Assembly (NCBI GenBank): GCA_963847705.1
Contig: CAWKBC010000029.1
Span: 324,968 to 388,967, forward strand
Direction of reading: 5' to 3'
From: an uncultured Pseudomonadota bacterium
GTDB lineage: Bacteria; Myxococcota_A; Polyangia; Fen-1088
Length of the DNA stretch: 64,000 nucleotides
In this document: positions 20,981 to 29,995 of the stretch, in pieces
How the letters are laid out: each line of letters starts with the position of its first letter
Numbering within the stretch: position 1 is the first letter of the stretch
The notes under the pieces: model-generated
Seen by the model: the letters and a program-made list of their open reading frames with translations, nothing else
Database searches by the model: none
Told to the model about the DNA's origin: nothing
Position numbers and translations under genes: made by a program

Positions 20981-22762
20981 CTACTGCGGATTCATCGCGC
21001 CGGCGGTGACGAGCGCGCCGATCGAGGTGAAGGCGGTCAACGGCAGCGTGAGATCCATCGTCCAGCTCTTGCCCACGCCGTCGCCGCCAGCGGTGAAGAC
21101 GAGGGGGATCGGCCCGCTGCCGCCGCGCGCGATCGCGGCCAGGCGCGGGCTGGCGCCCAGCGTCCCGACCAGGCCCAGGACCGGTGCCAGGTCGAAGTAG
21201 TAGAAGCCGTCTCGCCCCTTCGCCCCCGTCTCCGCCTCGGTGAACGACGCGCTCTTGGCGGTCACCGCCGCCTTGCCTGAAGCGATCGCGGCCAGGCGCG
21301 CCCGCGCGTCCCGACCGAAGGTGATCACCACGCGGGTCCCCGCCACGGCCTGGTAGAGGTCGAACCCCGATCCGAAGAACTTGCGGATCTCGGCGCTGTC
21401 GAAGGGGCTCTCCTTCTTGATCGTCATCCGGAAGTGGATCGCCTTGGCCTTGCCGACGCTCTCGCGCTTGGAGGTCCAATCGAACATCGCAGCCGAGTTG
21501 CCGAGCTGCGCCCGGAGCAGCGCCGAGGTCGCCTCCGCGTCCATGCGCCCGAGCGCCCCGCCCACCTTGGCGGCGGTCGCCGCGTCCTTGAGCGGGGTGG
21601 AGAACGCCCCCGTGAAGTAGGGCGCCTCCTTGGTCGCCGCCATCATGCCCGACTGTCCGCCGACCATGCCGGCCAGGAAGGCGTCGTAGTACACGAGCGC
21701 CGCCACCGCCCCCTTGGTCTTGTCCGCCGCCAGCCGGTCGCGGTAATGCCCGAGGATCTGCTTCCAGAACGTCCCGATGCTCATGGCGCCGATCATCACC
21801 GGCGCGCCCGTACCCCCCAGGATCGCCCGGTCGATCTCGAACGGACGCACCTCGCGGGCCGTCGCCTCCAGCATCGTCCCCGGGCGGGCCATGAGGCGCC
21901 CCCGCAGGATGAGCCCGCGCGCCGGATCGAGCGCCAGTCCGATCTCAATCCGCTCGGCGTCGCCGACGAGACCCAGCATCGTCCCGAAGGTCTCGTAGAC
22001 GTAGCTGTCCGGGGTCATGAACGAGGTCTGCGCCGTCTGCAGCTGGCGCATCTGCTCGAGGAACGCAGTGATGGCGCTCTTGACGTCGGTCCCGTGCGCG
22101 CGGGCAATCGCCTCGGGATAAATCGTCGTGGTGGCGTCGTCGGCGCTCCCGTGCCGCGCCTCGAGCGCCAGCATGGTCCCGCGCGCCATCGCGTCGACCT
22201 CGTCGCCCATGACCACCACGGCCCCGGCGCGGTAGACCCATCCCTGCGCCTTGCCAGAGGCATCGGCCAGCTTCGTCAACGGACCGCTGATCATGACCGG
22301 CTTGCCCAGCGCCGCGATCAACTTCTCGGCTTCGGCCGGGCCACGCGCCGGGATCGCCAGCACCAGGCCGCTGCGCCCCTTTTCGTCGAGCGCGACGACG
22401 ACCGCGCCGCAGGGGCTGGCGAGATCGAGGTTGGTCGCCACCTCGGGGGCGAGGCCGGCCTCCGACAGCAACATGTCGCGCACGCCCTCCGGTGTCATCG
22501 GAAGCGGGACCGCCGCTCCGACGAGCTTCACGCCGTTGGCCAGCAGGCGGTCGAACGAGCCGACGGAGACCGTGGCCATCTGATAGGGCCGCGCCGTCGC
22601 CGGCGGCAGCAGCGTGACGGGCGGAAGGACCGTGGGCCCGGGCGGCTTGATCGCCACCGCCGCCGGCGCCGCCGCGGCCGTTTTTGGCTGAGGCGCCGTC
22701 GCCGCGCAGGCCGTCGCCAGCACACAGAACAGGATCACACCCCTTCCGACGGGCTCGATCAT
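20981..22762 (-). CDS. Hypothetical lipoprotein (593 aa)
   Basis: MIEPVGRGVILFCVLATAC lipobox; long ORF with host-like codon use. Confidence 0.7.
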   Translation of the reverse strand: MIEPVGRGVILFCVLATACAATAPQPKTAAAAPAAVAIKPPGPTVLPPVTLLPPATARPYQMATVSVGSFDRLLANGVKLVGAAVPLPMTPEGVRDMLLSEAGLAPEVATNLDLASPCGAVVVALDEKGRSGLVLAIPARGPAEAEKLIAALGKPVMISGPLTKLADASGKAQGWVYRAGAVVVMGDEVDAMARGTMLALEARHGSADDATTTIYPEAIARAHGTDVKSAITAFLEQMRQLQTAQTSFMTPDSYVYETFGTMLGLVGDAERIEIGLALDPARGLILRGRLMARPGTMLEATAREVRPFEIDRAILGGTGAPVMIGAMSIGTFWKQILGHYRDRLAADKTKGAVAALVYYDAFLAGMVGGQSGMMAATKEAPYFTGAFSTPLKDAATAAKVGGALGRMDAEATSALLRAQLGNSAAMFDWTSKRESVGKAKAIHFRMTIKKESPFDSAEIRKFFGSGFDLYQAVAGTRVVITFGRDARARLAAIASGKAAVTAKSASFTEAETGAKGRDGFYYFDLAPVLGLVGTLGASPRLAAIARGGSGPIPLVFTAGGDGVGKSWTMDLTLPLTAFTSIGALVTAGAMNPQ

Positions 22763-22854
22763 GCCGGGACGATACCCGCAGGTAGGCCACGCCCCTAGCA
22801 TTTTTCCGAGGGCGAGGTTGCGGGGAGGGGCCACGCTTGCTACCGTCGGGCGAG

Positions 22855-23214
22855 ATGTCGCGATCGGCGCGAGCCCGACTGATCTGCAGCGCGATGGCTG
22901 CGTTGCTCGCCGGCGCGCTCGCGGGGGGCTGTGGAAGCTCGCCGCCGACGGACCGGAATTTCGGGACCAACCTCGGCGCGGACTTCCGAGCGCCAATCGT
23001 CGACGCCGGCTCCGGCGACACGAACGTGACGCCTGAGGCTTCCATCGACGAAGCGGGCACCGGCGGCACGACGGGCACCGGCGGCACGACGGGCACCGGC
23101 GGCACGACGGGCACCGGCGGCACGACGGGCACCGGCGGTGACGCCGGCGCGGCGGGACAGACGGGCGCGGGAGGCGCGGGCGGAAACGCCGGTGCGGCCG
23201 GCGGCGGGTCATGA
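22855..23214 (+). CDS. Small Gly/Thr-rich lipoprotein
   Basis: LAGGC lipobox, (GTGGTT)x4; TTGCGG-17-TACCGT promoter-like motif upstream. Confidence 0.6.
   Translation: MSRSARARLICSAMAALLAGALAGGCGSSPPTDRNFGTNLGADFRAPIVDAGSGDTNVTPEASIDEAGTGGTTGTGGTTGTGGTTGTGGTTGTGGDAGAAGQTGAGGAGGNAGAAGGGS
23056..23138 (+). repeat. 18-nt coding tandem repeat GGCACCGGCGGCACGACG x4+
   Basis: Directly visible. Confidence 0.85.
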
Positions 23215-23266
23215 AGGGCATGGACATCAGGCCCGATTTGGTCGAAAAAAGATCCTAGAGGAACCG

Positions 23267-24713
23267 ATGCAGGTCGTTTGCGCCACGTGCCAGCTCAGCT
23301 TCGATGCGCCCGAGGGAGCGACGGGCCTGGTCTGTCCGATTTGCCGCGGCCCGCTGCGACCGCAGGCGACCGCCGGAAGCGACGGTGACGGCGCCAGCAA
23401 GACGGCACACGATTGGAGCGGCGGCGATCTCGACGATCTCGATCGCCATCCTGAGCGCGCCTGCTGTCTCGGCGCGGGTCGAGGTGCTCGGCGCGACCGG
23501 TGACGAGGCCATCGGCGAGGTTCACCTGCTGGCGGGCGGCGTCTCGGACTCGATCTACCAGGGCAAGGCGACCGACGACGCGCTCGATCGGCTGCGGGCG
23601 GACAAGCCGACCCGATTCCGCGTGGAGCAGCGGCTCCCCAACCCGCTCGACGGCAACCTGAGCGAGCCGGGGCCGGAGACCGGAACGCTGGACGGGCGCG
23701 CGCTGGCGCACCTCATGCGTTACTGCGAGGACTACGTCATCAGCTGCGCCATCGACGTGTGGCGCGGCAACGAGACGGCGCGCGTGGAGTACAAGCGCGG
23801 CGAGATCAGCGGCGTCACCGTCGGCGGCATCGACGCCCCCGAACGGCTCGCCGAGGTGATGCAGTGGTCGTCGGGCAACTACCGGCTGGTCGTTCCCGAG
23901 TTCAAGCTGCCGGCCACCGCGCCCAAACGGGCCAAGTCGTCGACGGCCACGCCAGCGCCGGTCCCGGCCCCCGCGCCGTCGGCGCAGGCGGCGCGGAACG
24001 CTAGCTCCACCAAGACCATCTTCGGGATGCCCGTCGCCGAGGTCGCGAAGGCCCGTGCGGCCGCGGAGGCCGCGAAAGAGGCTGCCAAGGAATCTGCGGC
24101 GACCGCCCCAGACATGGTGCGACCAAGTGTCCAACCCGCGGCGCCGCGGGTGGCGACGCCGGTGCCGGTCGTCGCGCCCACCCCGCGCGTCTCGCCGCCC
24201 GGCATCGCGCCGAGCGCGACGCCCGCGCCGATGAGCGCCTCGCGCGACAGCGCCACCAAGACCATCTTCGGCGTGCCGGCGCCGCGCGCACCCGAGGGGT
24301 TCCAATCCACGGTGCCCGCGCAACGCGGGTCGCAGCCGGGCGCGCCCGCGATGACCGCCGACGCAGACTCGGCGCGCACGGAGACCGCCAAGGTCAATCG
24401 CAAGACGGGCGCCCGCAAGGTCGACGTCCCCGCGCCAGCCGTGGTCGCCCCGACGACGGCGCCAGCGGCAGCCCCGCCCCGTGCGGCGTCTGCGCCGATC
24501 GCTGCGCCGACTTCGGAGCCGAGCGAACGGCAACCGACGACGACGCCCGGATTTGATTCGCGCGGGGCCGCCCGCAAGCCGGGGGCAGCCGCACCCGCCT
24601 CTGACAAGCCGCCTCAAAAGCAAACGCAGCTCTGGACGTACGTCGGCGTGGGCTTCGCGTTCGGCCTGGTCCTGCTCGGCATCTACCAGCTCTACGGTCT
24701 CCTGGCCCATTGA
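23267..24713 (+). pseudogene. Zn-ribbon + 2x DUF4388 + Pro/Ala linker + C-terminal TM protein with a single-base frameshift near 23441 (or a sequencing error)
   Basis: MQVVCATC...CPIC...WSGGDLDDL in one frame continues as IAILSAPAVSARVEV in the next frame after one extra base. Confidence 0.7.
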
Positions 24714-24726
24714 GGGGACCGGCAAC

Positions 24727-25647
24727 GTGCTGAGCGCCGTCGTCGACGCCTATCGGCGGACACGGAAGCCGAAGGACATTTTCTGGAACAAGTTCGTCGC
24801 CCGACCGCTGGCCGCGGTGGTGATCGTCCCACTGGCCCGCACCCGTGTGACGCCGAACCAGATCACGCTGGCGACGCTGCCGGTCTTTCTCGCCGGCGCG
24901 GCGGTGATGGCGTTCCTGCCCAGCTGGCCGATGCTCTGTTTGGGCGTGGCGATCCTCGAGCTCTCCTATGTGCTCGACTGCGCCGACGGACAGCTGGCCC
25001 GGCTCAAGGGGACCTCGTCTCCCGTGGGGGCCCACCTCGATTTCCTGATGGACGAGCTCAAGGCCTTCACGCTGGTCGCCGCGGTCGCGGTCCGCCTCTG
25101 GTGGCCGTCTCACGAGGGGCGCTGGCTGCTCGAAGGGCTCGGGGGGCTCGTCATCGTGGCGGGGGCCATCAGCCTCACGACGTTCATGCGCCGTCCCGAG
25201 TACGCCGCGGCCACCGGCACCGCCGTCGCCAAGGGGGCCGGCGACTATGGAGAGGGGTTCGCCGCCGCGGCGCCCACCCGCCGTTCGCCGCTCGCCCTCG
25301 TCGAGGGGCTCGGCCGCTTCGTCGTCCACTACCCGAGCTACATTGTCTTCGTGGCGCTCGCCAACCGGATGGACCTGTTTCTCCACGCCTACCTGGCGAT
25401 GAACGCCGCCTACGCGGCGCGCGCGCTCCTGACCATCGGACGTTCGCTCGGGCGGGGACCCGGGAACCCCGGGAGGGTCCCTCGCGTGGACGTAGTCGGG
25501 CTTCGCCCGGCGCAGTCCGTCGCGGGGGGGAGCGGGGACCCTTCCAGGGTCCCCGACGATGATCGCGTGGACGTAGCCGGGCTTCGCCCGGCGCAGTCCG
25601 TCGCGGGGGGGAGCGGGGACCCTTCCAGGGTCCCCGACGACAAATGA
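24727..25647 (+). CDS. CDP-alcohol phosphatidyltransferase family protein with a repeat-derived C-terminal tail
   Basis: VTPNQIT, LDCADGQLARLKGTSSPVGAHLDFLMD signature. Confidence 0.88.
   Translation: MLSAVVDAYRRTRKPKDIFWNKFVARPLAAVVIVPLARTRVTPNQITLATLPVFLAGAAVMAFLPSWPMLCLGVAILELSYVLDCADGQLARLKGTSSPVGAHLDFLMDELKAFTLVAAVAVRLWWPSHEGRWLLEGLGGLVIVAGAISLTTFMRRPEYAAATGTAVAKGAGDYGEGFAAAAPTRRSPLALVEGLGRFVVHYPSYIVFVALANRMDLFLHAYLAMNAAYAARALLTIGRSLGRGPGNPGRVPRVDVVGLRPAQSVAGGSGDPSRVPDDDRVDVAGLRPAQSVAGGSGDPSRVPDDK
25482..25640. repeat. Two tandem copies (81-nt period) of a palindromic REP/RPE-like element
   Basis: Copies at 25482-25559 and 25563-25640 differ at one base. Each has CGGGC-TTC-GCCCG and GGGGACCCT-TCC-AGGGTCCCC hairpins. 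Confidence 0.85.
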
Positions 25648-26423
25648 AGGCGATCATCGTGGCCGCCGGACGCGGCCGCCGGCTCGGACAGGAGACCGAA
25701 GAGATCCCCAAGTGCATGGTCGAGGTCGCGGGGCGCGCGATCCTGCACCGGCAGCTCGACGCGCTGGCCGCCGCCGGCGTCGACGACGTGGTGATCGTGC
25801 GCGGCTATCGCGGCGACAAGATCGCGCCGCCGGCCGGAGGGCCGCCGCTCCGCTTCGTCGAGAACCCCGACTGGGCGGAGAACAACATCCTGACCTCGCT
25901 GCTCTACGCCGAGCGCGAGATGAAGGACGGGTTTCTGTTCTCCTACTCGGACATCGTCTTCGCGCCCGAGCACGCCCGCAGACTGGCGGAAGCGCCGGGT
26001 CCCGTGGCGCTGGTGATCGATCGGCGCTGGCGCGACGCCTACGAGGGGCGCACGCTCCACCCGGTGAGCGAGGCCGAGCTGGCTCGGGTCGAGGGGACCG
26101 GCGCCGCCGCCGCCGTCACGCGCGTCGGCAAGCGGCTGGTGGCGGCCGAGGAGGCCGCCGGCGAGTTCATCGGTCTGGCGCGCTTTTCGCCCGAGGGGGC
26201 CCAGGCGCTCGGCGAGGTCTGGCGCGAGGCCAGCGCCGCCGGCCGCAAGACCCCTTTCGGTGCCGCCGCCACGCTGGATCAGGCCTACCTCAGCGACGGT
26301 CTCAACGCGCTCACCGCGCGCGGCGTGGCGCTGCGCCCCCTCTTCATCGACGGTCTCTGGCGCGAGATCGACACCGAAGAGGACCTGGCGCGGGCCGAGA
26401 AGACGATCCGGTCGTGGACCTGA
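25644..26423 (+). CDS. NTP-transferase (LicC/IPCT-like cytidylyltransferase)
   Basis: MKAIIVAAGRGRRL...IPKC, YSDI, GEFIGL, WREIDTEEDL. Confidence 0.85.
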   Translation: MKAIIVAAGRGRRLGQETEEIPKCMVEVAGRAILHRQLDALAAAGVDDVVIVRGYRGDKIAPPAGGPPLRFVENPDWAENNILTSLLYAEREMKDGFLFSYSDIVFAPEHARRLAEAPGPVALVIDRRWRDAYEGRTLHPVSEAELARVEGTGAAAAVTRVGKRLVAAEEAAGEFIGLARFSPEGAQALGEVWREASAAGRKTPFGAAATLDQAYLSDGLNALTARGVALRPLFIDGLWREIDTEEDLARAEKTIRSWT

Positions 26424-26457
26424 CTCGGACCCGATCCAGGGCTAGATTGACGCTGAC

Positions 26458-26853
26458 ATGGCCGGCCCCGATCCCGCCCACTGGCTGCACCGACTGACCG
26501 CGGAGGAGTGGCTGGCCGCGGCTGCGACCGAAATCTCCCATGCCGAGGCGGCGCTCGCGCGGCGCGCGGCGCGCCCCGGCGTCACCCACGCGCGGCGCGC
26601 GGCCGGCATGGCCTGGAACGCCGTCCTCACCGCCCACCCCGACGACCGCGCGGGACGCAGCTACATGGAGCACGTGGTCGCACTGGCCGTCGACGCCGCC
26701 CTGCCGGACGAGGTCCGGGCCGCGGCCCAGCGCCTGCGCGACACCCCCGCGGCCCCGCCCGAGCTGGTGACGCTCGGCAAGCCCGACCTCGCCCCGGCCC
26801 ACGACGCCCGCACCATCCTCATCCACGCCCGCCGGCTCCTCACCCCGAACTGA
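26458..26853 (+). CDS. Hypothetical protein
   Basis: 131-aa ORF with host-like codon use; TAGATT box 9 nt upstream. Confidence 0.65.
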   Translation: MAGPDPAHWLHRLTAEEWLAAAATEISHAEAALARRAARPGVTHARRAAGMAWNAVLTAHPDDRAGRSYMEHVVALAVDAALPDEVRAAAQRLRDTPAAPPELVTLGKPDLAPAHDARTILIHARRLLTPN

Positions 26854-27167
26854 GCCGCCGCGCGCCGCGGGTGCGCTCCTGGGACGGGGCCGGCGTCCGG
26901 CTTGGTCCGGGCGGGCGGCCCCGGAGGGGGGCCGGTTCAGCTGCTTCCAGTATCTGGACCGCCCTGCACCAGCGCCCCGAAGGTGAGGCCGAGGAAAAAC
27001 CCTTTCATCTCGGTCGACCGTACACTACCTCAATGAGGCCGGGCGGCCGCCCTGCCGGGCGCCTTGACCTTGCCGAAGACAAGGCACTATCTTTAGCGGG
27101 TTTTGAAGCTGCGCAGTTCGCGGTTCCGGCAACAGTCAGAAAAACAACCCAGGAGAAAACGAAGCTC

Positions 27168-27449
27168 ATGAAGAAGGCTGATCTGGTCGACGTCGTGGCG
27201 CAGCAGAAGAATCTGCAGAGGCAGCAGGTAGAGATCACCATCGACGCGCTCATCGATGCCATTGCCGACGGGCTGTCCAAGGGCGAGCGGATCGACCTGC
27301 GCGGCTTCGGCGCCTTCGCGGTCCGCGAGTCTGCGGCCCGCACCGGGCGCAACCCCCAGACCGGCGCGCCGATCGAGATCGCCGCGCGCAAGGTTCCCAC
27401 GTTCAAGGCCGGCAAGGAGCTTCGGGACAAGGTCAACCGCCCCGCCTAA
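27168..27449 (+). CDS. HU/IHF-family DNA-binding protein
   Basis: MKKADLV...IDLRGFGAF...ARTGRNPQTG...PTFKAGKELR. Confidence 0.95.
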   Translation: MKKADLVDVVAQQKNLQRQQVEITIDALIDAIADGLSKGERIDLRGFGAFAVRESAARTGRNPQTGAPIEIAARKVPTFKAGKELRDKVNRPA

Positions 27450-27515
27450 ACTCTAAGTCAGACCGTCCACGCACCAAACCAGCAAGCAGACAGCAAGCAG
27501 ACACCAGAAGACGAG

Positions 27516-28130
27516 ATGGGTACCCGACTTTTCATTGGTAATCTTTCGTACAACGTCACCGAGCAGGAGTTGCGGGAGGCGTTCACCGGCGAGCAGATCG
27601 AGCTGCGAAGCGTCCGCGTCGCGCTCGATCGGGAAACCGGCCGTCCACGAGGGTTCGCCTTCGTGGAGACCGCAACCGACGACGGGGCCAAGGCTTCAAT
27701 CGAGAAGCTCTCCGGGCGCATCCTGCAGGGGCGTCCAATCATCGTCGAGGAGGCGCAAGCCAAGCCGGCGGGCCCGCGTCCGGCGGGCGGTTATGGCAGT
27801 GGCCCGCCCCGCCCCGGAGGCGGCGGCTTCAGCCCGCGTCCCCCGGGGGCAGCCGGTCCAGGCGGCCCGCCGCGTGGTCCGGGTGGGCCAGGCGGCTTCA
27901 GCGGCGGACCTCCTCGCCCGGGCGGTGCCCCAGGCGGCCCGCCCCGCGACTTCGGCCCGCCGCGGGCTCCGGGCGGCTTTCGGCCCGGGGGGTTCGGTGC
28001 GGCACCGGGCGCCCGCCCGAGCGAGGGCCCACCCCGGCGCGAGCGTCCCGAAAAGAAGCGTTCGACCCGCCCCAAGCCCGAGGAGCGCGAGCGGGGCAAC
28101 TGGCGCTGGGACGGCAAGGACGACGAGTAG
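27516..28130 (+). CDS. RRM RNA-binding protein with Gly/Pro/Arg-rich tail
   Basis: RNP2 LFIGNL, RNP1 RGFAFVE. Confidence 0.92.
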   Translation: MGTRLFIGNLSYNVTEQELREAFTGEQIELRSVRVALDRETGRPRGFAFVETATDDGAKASIEKLSGRILQGRPIIVEEAQAKPAGPRPAGGYGSGPPRPGGGGFSPRPPGAAGPGGPPRGPGGPGGFSGGPPRPGGAPGGPPRDFGPPRAPGGFRPGGFGAAPGARPSEGPPRRERPEKKRSTRPKPEERERGNWRWDGKDDE

Positions 28131-28187
28131 TCGGTTGAGCCGCGCCTAGCGGGCGCCCCTATGCGATAATCGCTCGAGGGCGCGCAC

Positions 28188-28991
28188 GTGACGCCGGGGC
28201 GGATTTTGGTTGTCGACGATGATCCGTGGATTCAACGGATCGTGGCGCGTGCGCTCGGCCAGCGCGGTCACCAGGTCAGCCTGGCCGGCGAGGCGACGGG
28301 TGCGTTCGTGGTCGCCTCCAAGATCAAACCAGATGTGATCCTGACCGCGATCTCGTTGCCCGCGATCGAAGGGTGGGCCTGGTGGGAGCGGCTGCGCACG
28401 CTGCCGGCCTGCGCCGACGCGCCGATCATCTTCCTGCTCTCGGACGTCGACGAGACGACGTCCATTTCCGGCGCCGGCCCGCGCGATCAGCGGCTGCGCA
28501 AACCGTTCCGGATGGAAGATCTGGAGGCGGCGGTCGTTACAGCTCTCGGGGGCGGGAAAGTGAATACCCTCTTGGGGCAAGCGCCGGCGCCGGCCGAAAC
28601 GACCGAGGTCAAACCCTCGGCCGGACACCGGCCGCTGTCGGCGCTGCGCGGCGCGCTCGATCAGCTGGGCCTGGCCAGCGTGCTGACGGTGCTGGAGATG
28701 GAGCGCAAGAGCGGCATCCTGCTCTGCGAGCGCGAGTCGGGGGTGGCCCGGCTCTTCCTGCGCAAAGGGCGGGTGGTCCGCGCCGACAGCGACGAGCCCC
28801 GCCTGTCGGGCGCTGCTGCGGTCTACGAGGCGCTCGCCTGGCGGACCGGCACGTTCGACTTTCTGAGCGGCGACATCGGCGGCGTCGACGACATCCAGTC
28901 CTCGACCACCTTCCTGCTGCTGGAGGCGGCGCGCCGGGTCGACGAGGCGAATGAAGCTCGCCGTTCGGGCCCGATCGAGAGCAAAATCTGA
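28188..28991 (+). CDS. Atypical receiver domain + DUF4388 protein
   Basis: ILVVDDD, PDVILTA (Asp replaced by Ala), KPF; LRGALDQLGLASVLTVLEMERKSG. Confidence 0.8.
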   Translation: MTPGRILVVDDDPWIQRIVARALGQRGHQVSLAGEATGAFVVASKIKPDVILTAISLPAIEGWAWWERLRTLPACADAPIIFLLSDVDETTSISGAGPRDQRLRKPFRMEDLEAAVVTALGGGKVNTLLGQAPAPAETTEVKPSAGHRPLSALRGALDQLGLASVLTVLEMERKSGILLCERESGVARLFLRKGRVVRADSDEPRLSGAAAVYEALAWRTGTFDFLSGDIGGVDDIQSSTTFLLLEAARRVDEANEARRSGPIESKI

Positions 28992-28996
28992 CCGCC

Positions 28997-29995
28997 TTGC
29001 AGGTCGAGACCTCAGAGCCCGGCGCCCGGGAGATCATCGAGCTTTGCATCGTCGTGCCGCAGGAGTGCGACGGCTGGCGGCTCGATCACTTCCTCAAGCG
29101 CCGGATCGGGCGGCTGTCGCGCACGCGCATCCAGTCGATCCTCCGGACACAGATCTTCTTCTCCGACGGACGGTCGGTGCGTCCGGCGGCCTCGGTGCAC
29201 GCCGGCGAAACGATCTTGCTCCGCCGGCCCGCCCCCGTCGAGCCGGAGGTCCCGCGCCACTTCGAGATCCTCTACGAGGACGAGAGCGTGCTGGTGATCG
29301 ACAAGCCGGCCGGCCTGCCGATGCACACCACCGCCAAATTCTGGCGCAACACGCTGACCGCGCTCTTGCGCGAGCGCTACCCGAATGAGTCGATGGAGGT
29401 CGCCCACCGGATCGATCGCGAGACCTCGGGCGTCCTGGTGATCGCGCGCGGCCACGAGGTGGCGAGCTTCCTCACCCGGGCCTTCGCCCGTCGCGCGGTG
29501 GAGAAGACCTACCTGGCGCTGGTCAAGGGACAGCCGCCCGACGAGGGTCGGATCGATCGGCCGCTCAAGCTGCTCGACTCGCCCTCGCACATCATGATGG
29601 GGACGGCGGTCGATGGCCTCACGGCGGTCACCCGCTACCGCGTGGTGCGGCGGTTCGCCGCGCACGCGCTCTGCGAGGCGCACCCGGAGAGCGGGCGGCA
29701 GCACCAGATTCGCGTTCACCTCCAGTCGATCGGCCACCCCATCGTGGGCGACAAGCTGTACGGCGCCAGCGAGGCGCTGTTCATGCGCGCCTGTGACGAA
29801 GGGGTCACCCCCGAGCTCCTCGCGCTGTTCGACGACCTGCCCCGCCATGCGCTGCACGCCCACCGCCTGACCTTCCCGCACCCGAAGACGAAACAGCCGC
29901 TCACCGTCGAGAGCCCGCTCCCCGCCGACCTGGTCGACTACATCGAGCGGTTGGAGCTCGCCCCCGAGAAGAGCGCGACTCCGCTCGGGCGTTAG
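28997..29995 (+). CDS. RluA/RluD-family pseudouridine synthase with S4-like domain
   Basis: RLDHFL, IDKPAGL, HRIDRETSG, GRQHQIRVH, GHPIVGDKLY, LHAH. Confidence 0.93.
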   Translation: MQVETSEPGAREIIELCIVVPQECDGWRLDHFLKRRIGRLSRTRIQSILRTQIFFSDGRSVRPAASVHAGETILLRRPAPVEPEVPRHFEILYEDESVLVIDKPAGLPMHTTAKFWRNTLTALLRERYPNESMEVAHRIDRETSGVLVIARGHEVASFLTRAFARRAVEKTYLALVKGQPPDEGRIDRPLKLLDSPSHIMMGTAVDGLTAVTRYRVVRRFAAHALCEAHPESGRQHQIRVHLQSIGHPIVGDKLYGASEALFMRACDEGVTPELLALFDDLPRHALHAHRLTFPHPKTKQPLTVESPLPADLVDYIERLELAPEKSATPLGR

